A DNA stretch of 64,000 nucleotides, taken from positions 113,894,001-113,958,000 of the forward strand of contig NC_135803.1 in assembly GCF_964213995.1 (NCBI RefSeq), in the 5' to 3' direction. The notes under the pieces were generated by a model that worked only from the letters and a program-made list of their open reading frames with translations, did not search any database and was not told the DNA's origin. A program made the position numbers and the translations under genes. The stretch comes from Mustelus asterias. Lineage: Eukaryota. Below are positions 24,201 to 35,160 of this stretch, piece by piece (position 1 is the first letter of the stretch; every line of letters starts with the position of its first letter).

Positions 24201-24450
24201 TCACCCAAACTTAAGCCAAGTTGCGAGAAAGTTCCTTTACCTCATCACCACTGAAATAACTCCTCCGGGGTTGGGATCCCTTCACCAAATTTAGATTTAT
24301 TTACACAGTAAGCAACACTTGAGCAGGTACTTCCTCATAGAGTATAAACCCGGACACTCCGTGTTATATCCACATTTAGGGGTCCCTGATTGGTCAAGCC
24401 ATTACTGCCTTAATCTGGGAGTTCATATTCTAAGAGGTTCACATCGTCAT
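21270..24450 (-). mobile_element. Internally deleted Gypsy LTR retrotransposon with two LTRs
   Basis: Paired LTRs ~21270-21516 and 24253-24450 share AAATTTAGATTTATTTACACAGTAAGCAACAC..AAGCCATTACTGCCTTAATC. PBS-like TGGTGATGAGG on minus at 24240-24250, PPT-like tract at 21517-21533, gag (LRDNLVRRINDATIQK), protease EVDTGTTISV (~23250-23280), start of RT. Confidence 0.8.
21734..22605. mobile_element. Probable solo LTR of a second LTR family, nested in the Gypsy element
   Basis: TG...CA termini (TGTATAATGAGACC / GTCACACA); replaces most of the host element's pol region. Confidence 0.5.
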
Positions 24451-25009
24451 TGCATGGAGTTATTTGAAAAAAGATCTGTCTGTGATAGGTGGTGATTTCA
24501 AAGTGGCATATCTGAGCAGTTTGTAGGAAGTGACAGCAATCCTTTGTTGTGTGTGTCGTGTCAGACTCCTTGCAGTGGCAAGTCATAAGGCAGACTTACA
24601 TCGCAAACACACAAAAACAGACAATTGTAGAATGGCCTTGACCTGAGAAAACAAGTAATTAAATGAGCTTTGTACCTTTACCTGTCAGGATGTACAACAC
24701 CATTTCAATTGCATGAGGAGAGAAAAAAATAAATACATCAAAGCTAAAGGAAAGTCCAGAAGTTACGGCCACAAAATTGATGCTGCAATTCTAGGTGAGA
24801 GGTATTAAAATTTTGAATGCCTTTTAGCCAATCTTAAGCAAATTAATAATTCACAATCTAAAAAAGGCAAGTGAAGTGACACTTGCACTTTCAACAGGCA
24901 AACCCTGGAGGCAGCTTTTATGTTGGGCCTTTGATACTGTTTCTCAGGGACATGAAGAAAGGCAGCACTCGCGATGGCTCCTGACATTTTTATAGATGAC
25001 AGCTGCCTT

Positions 25010-25180
25010 ACAGTAACCGTCTCTGAAGTCACTCTACAACCAATGGCAGCATCAGTGAGCTTTTCTAATTTTCTGTATCTGTTGGCATATCTCATTCTAT
25101 CTGTGCCACTCATTTTGTGTGTGTCTCTATTTCTTTGTTCATATATATGTCCCTCAATTTCACTGCATGGTGCTTTTCTT
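25010..25180 (+). repeat. 171-bp direct repeat, copy 1
   Basis: About 96% identical (7 mismatches) to 25851-26021. Confidence 0.95.
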
Positions 25181-25190
25181 TCTCTTCCTT

Positions 25191-25850
25191 TGTAGGTTGC
25201 TGCAATAAATTGAGAACGACTCACTGTGGCTCAAAGTAACAAGGGATTGTATTTACAACAAAGGGTCAGACAGAATCAACTATGTGACCATACAACCCTC
25301 CTCCCAGGCTCCAACTGCGGGACCTCCCCAACCCGGGTTATGCACCCTTGCTCCCGATTGGCTCAGCTTCCCACCTCGACAGTCCATAGCGTCCGGCCTG
25401 ATTAAGGAGACCTGCAGGGAATGCCCCCTTAAAGGGGCCACACACCACACCTCTTCCCTCCTAACTCCTGAATTCACCTATGGAGGAAACAAAAGAATAT
25501 CATTAGCATTTGCACACAAATTTTAAAAAGCATCAGGAATACCCCAGGGAGAAACTCATCACAAGTTTAGTCAATCTGGGAACTTCCTGACCCCAGTAGA
25601 ATTGGAAGAATCAGGTCGGATGAATGCAAAAGGCAAACTCATCAATCCGGGGACGAGATCCTCCTCTCTAACTGCTTTTTCCTCAGTCACAGTAACCACC
25701 GGTTGCTATGATTCCTCATTTATAACTGGTAACCGATTCTGGCAGTTTTGAATTGACTGCAGAGGTCATCTGTTGATCCCCTGTGTCTGTAACTGCTCTC
25801 CTTCTCAGATGGTTTATGTGTTTTTGAGACGACAACCTTTTATCCCCATG
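25191..25850 (-). mobile_element. Gypsy 3' LTR, PPT and 3' internal region
   Basis: LTR TGTAGG...ACCACA (25191-25450); purine tract AGGAGGGAAGAGG on minus immediately inside the LTR. Confidence 0.65.
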
Positions 25851-26021
25851 ACAGTAACCTTCTCTGAAATCACTCGACAACCAATGGCAGCATCAGTGAG
25901 CTTTTCTAATTTTCTGTATCTGTTAGCATATCTCATTCTATCTGTGCCACTCACTTTGTGTGTGTCTCTATTTCTTTGTTCATATATATGTCTCTCAATT
26001 TCACTGCATGTTGCTTTTCTT
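25851..26021 (+). repeat. 171-bp direct repeat, copy 2
   Basis: Copy of 25010-25180 lying at the 5' junction of CR1 copy A. Confidence 0.95.
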
Positions 26022-26077
26022 GGGGGAGGCTGTTTGGGGGAGGCTGTTTGGGGGAGGCTGTTTGGGGGAGGCTGTTT
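26022..26077 (+). repeat. Four tandem copies of GGGGGAGGCTGTTT at the CR1 5' junction
   Basis: Exact 14-bp unit x4, continuing into CR1 sequence GAGGGTAA. Confidence 0.95.
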
Positions 26078-26540
26078 GAGGGTAATTCAACATCCAACAT
26101 ATGGGAGCTTTTCAAATGTCAGTTGATTGGAATTCAGGACCAGCATGTTCCTGTGAGGATGAAGGATAAGTGTGGCAAGTATCGGGAACCCTGTAAAACA
26201 AGGGATATTATGAACCTTTTCAAAAAGAAAAAGGAAGCATTCGGAAGGTCTAAAAGGCTTAGGGCAGATGAAGCCCTTGAAGACTATAAAAAGCGTAGGA
26301 AGGAACTTAAGGAAGGAGTTAGGAGGGCTAAAAGGGTCCATGAAAAACCCTTGGCAAACAGGATTAAGGAAAATCCTAAGGCATCTTATACATATGTAAA
26401 GAGCAAGTGGGTAACCAGGGAAAGGGTTGGTCCACTTAAGGATAGTGGAGGGAATCTATGCATGGAACCAGAGGAAATGGGCGAGATACTAAATGAATAC
26501 TTTGCCTCGGTATTCATCAAAGAGAGGGACTGCACTGTCT

Positions 26541-28096
26541 GCGGGACCTGATGAGGTATATCCCAGGATGTTGTGGGAGGCTAGGGAGGAAATTGCGGGT
26601 CCCCTAGCCGAGATATTTGAATCATCGATAGTCATGGGTGAGGTGCCTGAAGATTGGAGAGTGGCAAATGTTGTGCCTTTGTTTAAAAAGGGCTGCAGGG
26701 AAAAGCCTGGGAACTACAGGCCAGTTAGCCTCACATCTGTGGTGGGTAAATTGTTGGAAGGTATTTTGAGAGACAGGATCTACAGGCATTTAGAGACGCA
26801 AAGACTGATTAGGGCTTTGTGAGTGGGAAATCATGTCTTACAAATTTGATTGAGTTTTTTGAAGGGGTAACCAAGAAGGTAGATGAGGGCAGTGCAGTTG
26901 ATGTTGTCTACATGGACTTTAGCAAGGCCTTTGACAAGGTACCGCATGACAAATTTTTGCATAAGGTTAAATCTCGCAGGATCCAGGGTGAGGTATCTAA
27001 ATGGATACAAAATTGGCTTCTTGACAGAAGCCAGAGGGTGGTTGTAGAGAGTTGTTTTTCAAACTGGAGGCCTGTGACCAGTGGTGTGCCTCAGGGATCA
27101 GTGCTGGGCCAACTGTTATTTGTCGTTTATATTAATGATTTGGATGAGAATATAGGGGGCATGGTTAGTAAGTTTGCAGATGACACCAAGATTGGTGGCA
27201 TGGTGGACAGTGAGGAAGGTTATCTCCAATTGCAGTGGGATCTTGATCAATTGGGCCAGTGGGCTGACGAAGGGCAGATGGGGTTTAATTTAGACAAATG
27301 CGAGGTAATGCATTTTGGTAGATTGAACCAGGGCAGGACTTACTCAGTTAATGGTAGGGCATTGGGGAGAGTTACAGAACAAAGAGATCTAGGGGTACAT
27401 GCTCATAGCTCCTTGAAAGTGGAGTCACAGGTGGACAGAGTGGTGAAGAAGGCATTCGGCATGCTTGGTTTCATTGGTCGGAACATTGAATACAGGAGTT
27501 GGGACGTCTTGTTGAAGTTGGACAAGACATTGGTAAGGCCACACTTGGAATACTGTGTGCAATTCTGGTCACCCTATTATCGAAAGGATATTATTAAACT
27601 AGAAAGAGTGCAGAAAAGATTTACTAGGATGCTACCGGGGCTTGATGGATTGAGTTATAAGGAGAGGCTGGATAGACTGGGACTTTTCTCTCTGGAGTGC
27701 AGGAGGCTGAGGGGTAACCTTATAGAGGTCGATAAAATAATGAGGGGCACAGATCAGCTCGATAGTCAATATCTTTTCCCAAAGGTAGGGAAGTCTAAAA
27801 CTAGAGGGCATAGGTTTAAGGTGAGAGGGGAGCGATACAAAAGTGTCCAGAGGGGCAATTCTTTCACACAGAGGGTGGTGAGTGTCTGGAACAAGCTGCC
27901 AGAGGTAGTAGTAGAGGTGGGTACAATTTTATCTTTTAAAAAGCATTTAGATAGTTACATGGGTACGATGGGTATAGAGGGATATGGGCCAAATGCGGGC
28001 AATTGGGATTAGCTTAGGGGTTTAAAAAAAAAAGGGCGGCATGGACAAGTTGGGTCGAAGGGCCTGTTTCCATGCTGTAAACCTCTATGACTCTAT
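26541..28096 (+). mobile_element. CR1 LINE copy B (younger), nested in copy A; near-intact RT
   Basis: GPDEVYPRML..NYRPVSLTS, one frameshift near 26815, then a 397-aa frame with [28 protein letters not shown] to stop at 28012; (CTCTATGA)n tail. Confidence 0.95.
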
Positions 28097-29077
28097 ATTC
28101 TGGGTCGTGTCCTTAGCAAAAAGGAGGAGGTATTGGGCATCTTAAAAAGCAATGAAGTAGATAAGTCCCAAGGGCCTGATGGGATCTACCACAGAATACT
28201 GAGGGAGGCAAGGGTGGAAATTACTGGGGCCTTGACAGAAATCTTTGTATCCTCATTGGCTACAGATGAAGTTCAGAGGACTGGAGGATAGCCAATATTG
28301 TTCCATTGTTTAAGAGGGGCAGCAGGGATAATCCAGGAAATTATAGGCTGGTGAGCCTTACGTCAGAGGTGGGGAAATTATTGGAAAAGATTCTTAGGGA
28401 CAAGATTTACTCACATTTGGAAACAAATGAACTTATTACTGATAGACAGCATGGTTTTGTGAAGAAGAGGTCATGCCTCCCTGACATGATAGGGTTTTTC
28501 AAAGAAGTGACGAAGATGATAGATGGGGGAAAGGCAGTAGATGTTGTATACATGGACTTTAGTAAAGCCTTTGACAAGGTACCTCATGGTAGACTGGTGC
28601 AAAAGGTGAAGTCACATGGGATCACAAGAGAGCTGTCAAGATGGATAGAGAACTGGCTTGACATAGAAGACAGAGAGTAGTAGTAGAGGGGTGCTTTTCT
28701 GAACGGAAGGCTGTGACTAGCAGTGTTCCACAGGGATCAGTTCTGGGACCTTTGTTGTTCATAGTATATATAAATGATTTGGAGTAAATTGTAGCTGGTC
28801 TGATTAGTAAGTTCACAGATGACACAAAAATTGGTGGAGTTGCGGCTAGTGAAGAAGATTGTCAGACGATACTGCAGGATATAGACCGGTTGGGGATTTG
28901 AGCGGAGAAATGGCAAATGGGGTTTAATCTGGACAAGTGTGAGACAATGCATTTCAGAAGGTCCAATGCATGTAGGAATTATACAGTAAATGGTAGAACC
29001 CTTAGGAGTTTTGACAGGCAGAGAGATCTGGGCGTACATGTTCACCGATCACTGAAAGTAGCCACGCAGGTGGATAA

Positions 29078-29828
29078 GAACAAACAAAGAACAAAGAACA
29101 ATACAGCACAGGAACAGGCCCTTCGGCCCTCCAAGCCCGCGCCGCTCCCCGGTCCAGGATTGAATCCTGAATCCAGGATCCCCGCCCAATTTTCCAGCCT
29201 ATCTACATACCAATATCCTATCCACCGAGCTGTCCCTCACAGCTACGATGCTTTGTTCATTACAACCTATTAACTCACCCCCACCCCCCCCCATTCCAGA
29301 CCATGTGATCTCCAGGGAGAGGCGAAAACCCAGAGTGAAAAACCCCAGGGCCAATATGGGGAAAAAAAATCTGGGAAATTCCTCTCCGACCCCCTGAGGC
29401 GATCGAAACGAGTCCAGGAGATCACAATGGTTTTTTTTTTTTCTTTTTTTTTTGTTTTTTTTCTCTCTCCCTCTCTGTCTCTCTCTCTCTCTCTGTCTCT
29501 CTCTCTCTCTCGATGGGTGGGGTTTTATGGCCTCACTTGTCCCGAGTCCGGAAAATCCCACCCGATGTCAACGGACATTTCCATTGCCCGCTCCGATTCC
29601 GTGGCGAGCGGGACGGTAGGATTCCGGCATCTGCCTCTCTCTCTCTCTTTGTCTCTCTCTCTCTCCTCCTTTCGAATGCTCTTTCCAAACCGAGCAGTGA
29701 CCGAGCTTTTGGTCTCCCGTTTCCTCACAGCTCCTGACGTGTCACGGGCATGGGGTCCGGGGGCAGGGGGATTAGACCCTGTCGGACTTACTGCCCTGTG
29801 CCCTGGGATGGCGGGGGAGAGCGTCAAG
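29078..29828 (-). mobile_element. Composite SINE-like retroposon with CR1 tail and embedded MITE
   Basis: TSD ATAAG; tail nearly identical to 2097-2167; self-complementary domain 29301-29430; GA microsatellites; MITE at 29515-29629; CpG-rich head. Confidence 0.75.
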
Positions 29829-30217
29829 AATAAGGTAGTCAAGAAAGCGTACAGCATGCTTGCGTTCATTGGTCGGGGCGTTGAGTATAAAAATTGGCGG
29901 GTCATGCTGCAGCTGTACAGAATCTTAGTTAGGCCTCATTTAGAATATTGTGTACAATTCTGGTCGCCACACTACCAGAAGGATGTGGATGCTTTGGAGA
30001 GGGTACAGAAGAGGTTTACCAGGATGTTGCCTGGTCTGGAGGGTATTAGCTATGAGGAGAGGTTAGATAAACTCGGTTTGTTCTCACTGGAACGACGGAG
30101 GTTGAGGGGTGACCTGATAGATGTTTATGAGATGATGAGTGGCATGGACAGAGTGGATAGTCAGATGCTCTTTCCTGGGGTAGAAAAGTCAAGTGGTAGG
30201 GGACATAGGCTTAAGGT

Positions 30218-32027
30218 ACGTCCCATCGTATCGGGCAATGGGACCCTGTGCGAGAACCTCTCCGGCTATGTCGAGGGCATCCTGAAACCCATTGTACAAA
30301 GAACCCCCAGCTTTTGTCGCGACACGACGGACTTCCTACAGAAACTCGGCACACATGGAGCAGTTGAACCAGGAGCGCTCCTCGTCACAATGGATGTCTC
30401 GGCACTCTACACCAGCATCCCCCATGACGATGGCATTGCTGCAACGGCCTCAGTGCTCAGCGCCAACAACTGCCCGTTTCCAGATGCAATTTTACATCTC
30501 ATCCACTTCATCCTGGACCACAATATCTTCACCTTCAACAACCAGTTCTTCATCCAGACACACGGAACAGCCATGGGGACCAAATTCGCACCTCAATATG
30601 CCAACATCTTCATGCACAGGTTCGAACAAGACTTCTTCACCGCACGGGACCTTCAACCGATGCTATACACTAGATACATCGATGACATTTTCTTCCTTTG
30701 GACTCATGGTGAACAATCACTGAAACAACTCTATGATGACATCAACAAGTTCCATCCCACCATCAGACTCACCATAGACTACTCTCCGGAATCGGTTGCA
30801 TTCTTGGACACACGCATCTCCATTAAGGACGGTCACCTCAGCACCTCACTGTACCGCAAGCCCACGGATAACCTCACGATGCTCCACTTCTCCAGCTTCC
30901 ACCCTAAACACGTTAAAGAAGCCATCCCCTACGGACAAGCCCTCCGTATACACAGGATCTGCTCGAATGAGGAGGATCGCAACAGACACCTCCAGATGCT
31001 GAAAGATGCCCTCATAAGAACAGGCGCTCGACTCATTGATCAACAGTTCCAACGCGCCACAGCGAAAAACCGCACCGACCTCCTCAGAAGACAAACACGG
31101 GACACAGTGGACAGAGTACCCTTCGTTGTCCAGTACTTCCCCGGAGCGGAGAAGCTACGGCATCTCCTCCGGAGCCTTCAACATGTCATTGATGAAGACC
31201 AACATCTCGCCAAGGCCATCCCTACACCCCCACTTCTTGCTTTCAAACAACCGCACAACCTCAAACAGACCATTGTCCGCAGCAAACTACCCAACCTTCA
31301 GGAGAACAGTGACCATGACACCACAGCAACCTCTGCAAGACGTGCCGGATCATCGACACAGATGCCATCATCTCACGTGAGAACACCATCCACCAGGTAC
31401 ACGGTACATACTCTTGCAACTCGGCCAACGTTGTCTACCTGATACGCTGCAAGAAAGGATGTCCCGAGGCATGGTACATTGGGGAAACTATGCAGACGCT
31501 GCGACAACGGATGAATGAACACCGCTCGACAATCACCAGGCAAGACTGTTCTCTTCCTGTTGGGGAGCACTTCAGCGGTCACGGGCATTCGGCCTCTGAT
31601 ATTCGCGTAAGTGTTCTCCAAGGCGGCCTTCGCGACACACGACGGCGCAGAGTCGCTGAGCAGAAACTGATAGCCAAGTTCCGCACACACGAGGACGGCC
31701 TCAACCGGGATATTGGGTTCATGTCACACTATTTGTAACCCCCACAGAGTTTCACTGGCTGTCTTGTCTGGAGACAATACACATCTTTTTAGCCTGTCTT
31801 GATGCTCTCTCCACTCACGTTGTTTTGTTTCTTAAAGACTTGATTAGTTGTAAGTATTCGCATTCCAACCATTATTCATGTAAATTGAGTCTGTGTCTTT
31901 ATAAGCTCTGTTTGTGAACAGAATTCCCACTCACCTAAAGAAGGGGCTTGGAGCTCCGAAAGCTTGTGTGGCTTTTGCTACCAAATAAACCTGTTGGACT
32001 TTAACCTGGTGTTGTTAAACTTCTTAC
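30218..32027 (+). mobile_element. Penelope-like element, 5'-truncated: RT, GIY-YIG endonuclease and terminal repeat
   Basis: RPIVSGNGT, LVTMDVSALYTSIP, QTHGTAMGTKFAP, RYIDDIF, FLD, LYRKPT. After a frameshift near 31325: CKTC..SCNSANVVYLIRCKKGCPEAWYIGETMQTLRQRMNEH..GLN, stop 31738. 3' end AATAAACCTGTTGGACTTTAACCTGGTGTTGTTAAACTTCTTAC. CpG-rich, so young. Confidence 0.95.
31928..31970 (+). ncRNA. Hammerhead-ribozyme-like motif of the Penelope terminal repeat, core mutated
   Basis: CTAAAGA (consensus CTGANGA) at 31935-31941, stem II GGGGCT/AGCTCC, GAAA 31958-31961, palindromic AAGCTT. Confidence 0.65.
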
Positions 32028-32620
32028 AACAAAAAACTGGCCATACATAGAGAGAAAGGCATATTGATTTGTTTCTTCGTTGATGATTTGAACCTTTGTA
32101 CCGTACATTCCACTAGCCCATTTGAGGCTGGGTGGTAAGGTGCTGACCTAACATGGCGAATCCCATTTCATTTCACAAATATTTGGAATTTCTCTGCTGT
32201 GAATGATGTCTGACACTTAGACTTCCAGAATGCCATGGATAGTAAACATTTTTCTTAATTTGTCAATGGTGGCAGTGTCTGTTGTGGACTTCATCAACTG
32301 GACATCCAGCCACTTAGAGTGTGTCTCTACTAATATAAGAAACATATGGCTCATAAATGGTCTGGCAAAGTCGATATGTATTCTTGCACAGGATCCAACA
32401 GGCCACTCCAATGGATACATATTTGCCAACAGCTGCAAGGCCTGTTGAGCTTCACAACTGGGGTGCTGACTAACCATCCTTTTGATTTCTTTATCAATGC
32501 CCGGCCACCAGACATAATTTCTGGTTGTGCTTTCATCCTGCTTTGTCCCGGGTGTGAGGTGTGCAATTCCTGTTACAAATGTCCTCTCTCTTGGGGTGAG
32601 TCTATAACTCTAGCCCCCCA
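32028..32620 (-). mobile_element. Gypsy integrase fragment
   Basis: HTSHPGQSRMKA..WWPGID.., ARIHIDFARPFMSHMFLILVETHSKWLDV, SAPYHPASNGLVE. Confidence 0.85.
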
Positions 32621-32789
32621 CAGCGGGACTGGAGAACCTCGCAGGTTTCCCGCCGGCACGGGGTGACGTCAATGGGAATTCCTATTGATAGCAGCAGGAC
32701 CAGAGAATCCCGCCACTAACAAACTACACACTACCTCCCACCATAGGGAAACACGCAGCTGGGAGGTCAGAGAATCTCACTCAACATAA

Positions 32790-33138
32790 ACGTTAGCGCT
32801 TCTAAGTTAGATATATTCACATGCAGGACCTTGTCCTTTGCAAGAAGGAAGAACACCTTGCATCTTTTACAACTAAACAAAAGCTTTGGGGACAACCATT
32901 CCCTGGTCCCTTCTTCAGGACAATGCCTCAAAAATCAGAGTCAACTTGCCTCATTTGAATATAAATCAAAGCTTGGTATGTTAACGGTTTCCTGCAGCAC
33001 TCTCCAGGACAACACTTCTATCAATCAGAGTTCATAGCTAACCAAACGTTTCTCAAAAGGTACAAATTGTAATTCACTTTGAGATTTGGTATTCTTGGGA
33101 TTCTGTCCTGATGTGTCTAAGACGAAAGCTTCAACATA
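32790..33138 (+). mobile_element. 3' remnant of a second Penelope-like family with a hammerhead-like motif
   Basis: YIHMQDLVLCKKE resembles a PLE GIY-YIG C-terminus; CTGATGT-GTC-TAA-GAC-GAAA-GCTTC at 33108-33132. Confidence 0.5.
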
Positions 33139-33140
33139 TT

Positions 33141-33310
33141 GGGTGGGATTTTCCTCCTCCTCTGCAGCCTGTTTCGCGGCGGTGGGAGGTGGCACGCCAC
33201 TCGCTGGTGGCAGGATCTTGCGGTCCTGTCATTGTCAATAGGGTTTCCCGATGAAGGCACCCCTCACCGCCGGGAAACACACAGCAGGTGTGTGCTGTTG
33301 GCAGGATCTT
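33141..33310. mobile_element. Harbinger-type MITE
   Basis: GGGTGGGATTTTCC start; related in opposite orientation to 32625-32782 and similar to 41632-41838. Confidence 0.6.
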
Positions 33311-34560
33311 AGCATAAACGGCAGCAAGGTTTCAGTGCATGTCTCATTTTCCATCAATACTCGTTATGCATTACCAAGTGATGCATATGTAACTATGCAT
33401 TCCATAATTCGGTTTTTATTGCAAAGGATACGAATCATATCCCATTATCCGCTCATTCTTCATAATGTGCCCTCAACACATAGACATTTGATGTCTTCAA
33501 TTGGTATTACCCTTTAACTGTCAGTAATATAATTAGATAAATGATCAACTCAAGATCCATAACTACAGCTCTCCAGCAGAGCAGAAACGCAACAATTTCA
33601 ACAGTCCAAAGCAATATACTACATCAAATAACAGAAGGTGGGATGAGGACAAAATGCTGTAATTCAATCTCCTTGTTCTGCGGACTATTGTAAGCTATTT
33701 AAGCTTTGGATTTACATTATAATACAGCAGAATTTTTTGTTTGAAGTGCAACATTGTTACTGCCTTCAAATTTGTATTGCTTCATGGATGTTGCCAGCAG
33801 AAAAAAATGACAGCAGTAGAAGCTTCCGAAATGCAGTTCAATTATTCAACTTGAAAAAAAATTACTGAATTGGAAAATATAATCAGATATTGGAGTCTTA
33901 TTTCGAATAAGCTGAAGGAGCTCATGCTCATAAATAAAGGAAAATTAGATAAGTTTCCATTTAAGGTTGGACAAAAGTCTAAGAAATTGTCCAGTCTACA
34001 TGTTAGGGTCAAATTAATAATGGCCAACTTATTTTAGTACCTTAGTTCAAAGAAGAATATTGCTGGTACAAAAAAGAAATGATGTGGAGAAAAAAGAAAG
34101 ACAGAGCAGCCTCACAGAGTCACGGCTTCAACTATTCAAACAATGAAACAACATACATTTGCAGCAACTTTAATATAATGAAACATCCCAAGGCCCTTTT
34201 CACAGGAGCACTATGAGGTAACATTTGGTGCATAAAATGATGTTGGGTCAGATGGGCCACATCTTAGCCAGATAGGTAATCAGGAACATAAAGGGAAGAG
34301 AAGTGAGAATGCTGAGAGGTTTAAGAAAGAAATTCCAGAGTGTCAGGCTTAAGCAGCTGAAGGCACAGTAATGAATTTAAAATCAGGAATGCTCAGAAGT
34401 CTGAATTCAATGAGCACAGTTATCTCAGACATTTGTTCAGTTGGAGATATGAGAGTTGATGCCTTGGAGAAATTTGCAAACAAGGATGAGAATTTTAAAA
34501 TTAAGGTGTTTTTGACTGGCAGCCAATGTGAGTCTGTGAACATATGAGTGATTGGTGAAT

Positions 34561-35160
34561 AGAATCATAGAATCATAGCTTCACAGCTCCAGGGACCTGG
34601 GTTCGATTCCCGGCTTGGGTCACTGTCTGTGTGGAGTTTGCACATTCTCCTAGTGTCTGCGTGGGTTTCCTCCGGGTGCTCCGGTTTCCTCCCACAGTCC
34701 AAAGATGTGCGGGTTAGGTTGATTGGCCATGCTAAAATTGCCCCTTAGTGTCCTGGGATGCGTAGATTAGAGGGATTAGTGGGGTAGGGCCTGGGTGGGA
34801 TTGTGGTCAGTGCAGACTCGATGGGCCGAATGGCCTCTTTCTGTACTGTAGGGTTTCTATGATTTCTATGAATCCCTAAGTGCAGATAGTGGCCATTTGG
34901 TCCATCGAGCCCACACCGACAACAATCCCACCCATGTCCTATTCCCATAACCACACGTATTTAGCCTGTTAATCCCCCTGACACTAATGGGCAATTTAGC
35001 ATGGAAATCAACCTAATCTGCATATCTTTGGAGTGTGGGAGGAAACCGGAGCCACCCAGAGGAAATTCACTCAGACACGGGGAGAACATGCAAACTCAAC
35101 AGGCAGTCACCCGAGACCGGAATTGAACCAGGGTCCCTGGCACTGTGAGGCAGTAGTGCC
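34561..35160 (-). mobile_element. HE1 V-SINE, host of the nested plus-strand copy
   Basis: Tail (AGAATCAT)n at 34561-34578; body resumes 34871-35160. Confidence 0.85.
34578..34870 (+). mobile_element. HE1 V-SINE (5'-truncated) inserted in the tail of an opposite-strand HE1
   Basis: B-box GGTTCGATTCC, V-domain, (TTTCTATGA)n tail. Confidence 0.9.

Larger units (their letters stand above)
26022..30217 (+). mobile_element. CR1 LINE copy A, in pieces 26022-26540, 28097-29077 and 29829-30217; 3' end lost
   Basis: Colinear ORF2 peptides: WELFKCQLIGIQDQHVP..NEYFASVF / GPDGIY..NYRLVSLTS..YMDFSKAFDKVPH..KFTDDTK / KVVKKAYSMLAFIGR..GRGHRLKV. Confidence 0.9.

Noticed and set aside
29427-31442. 671-aa ORF as a host gene
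   Set aside because: It is fully explained by antisense SINE/microsatellite, CR1 and Penelope sequence; kept only as a chimera finding.
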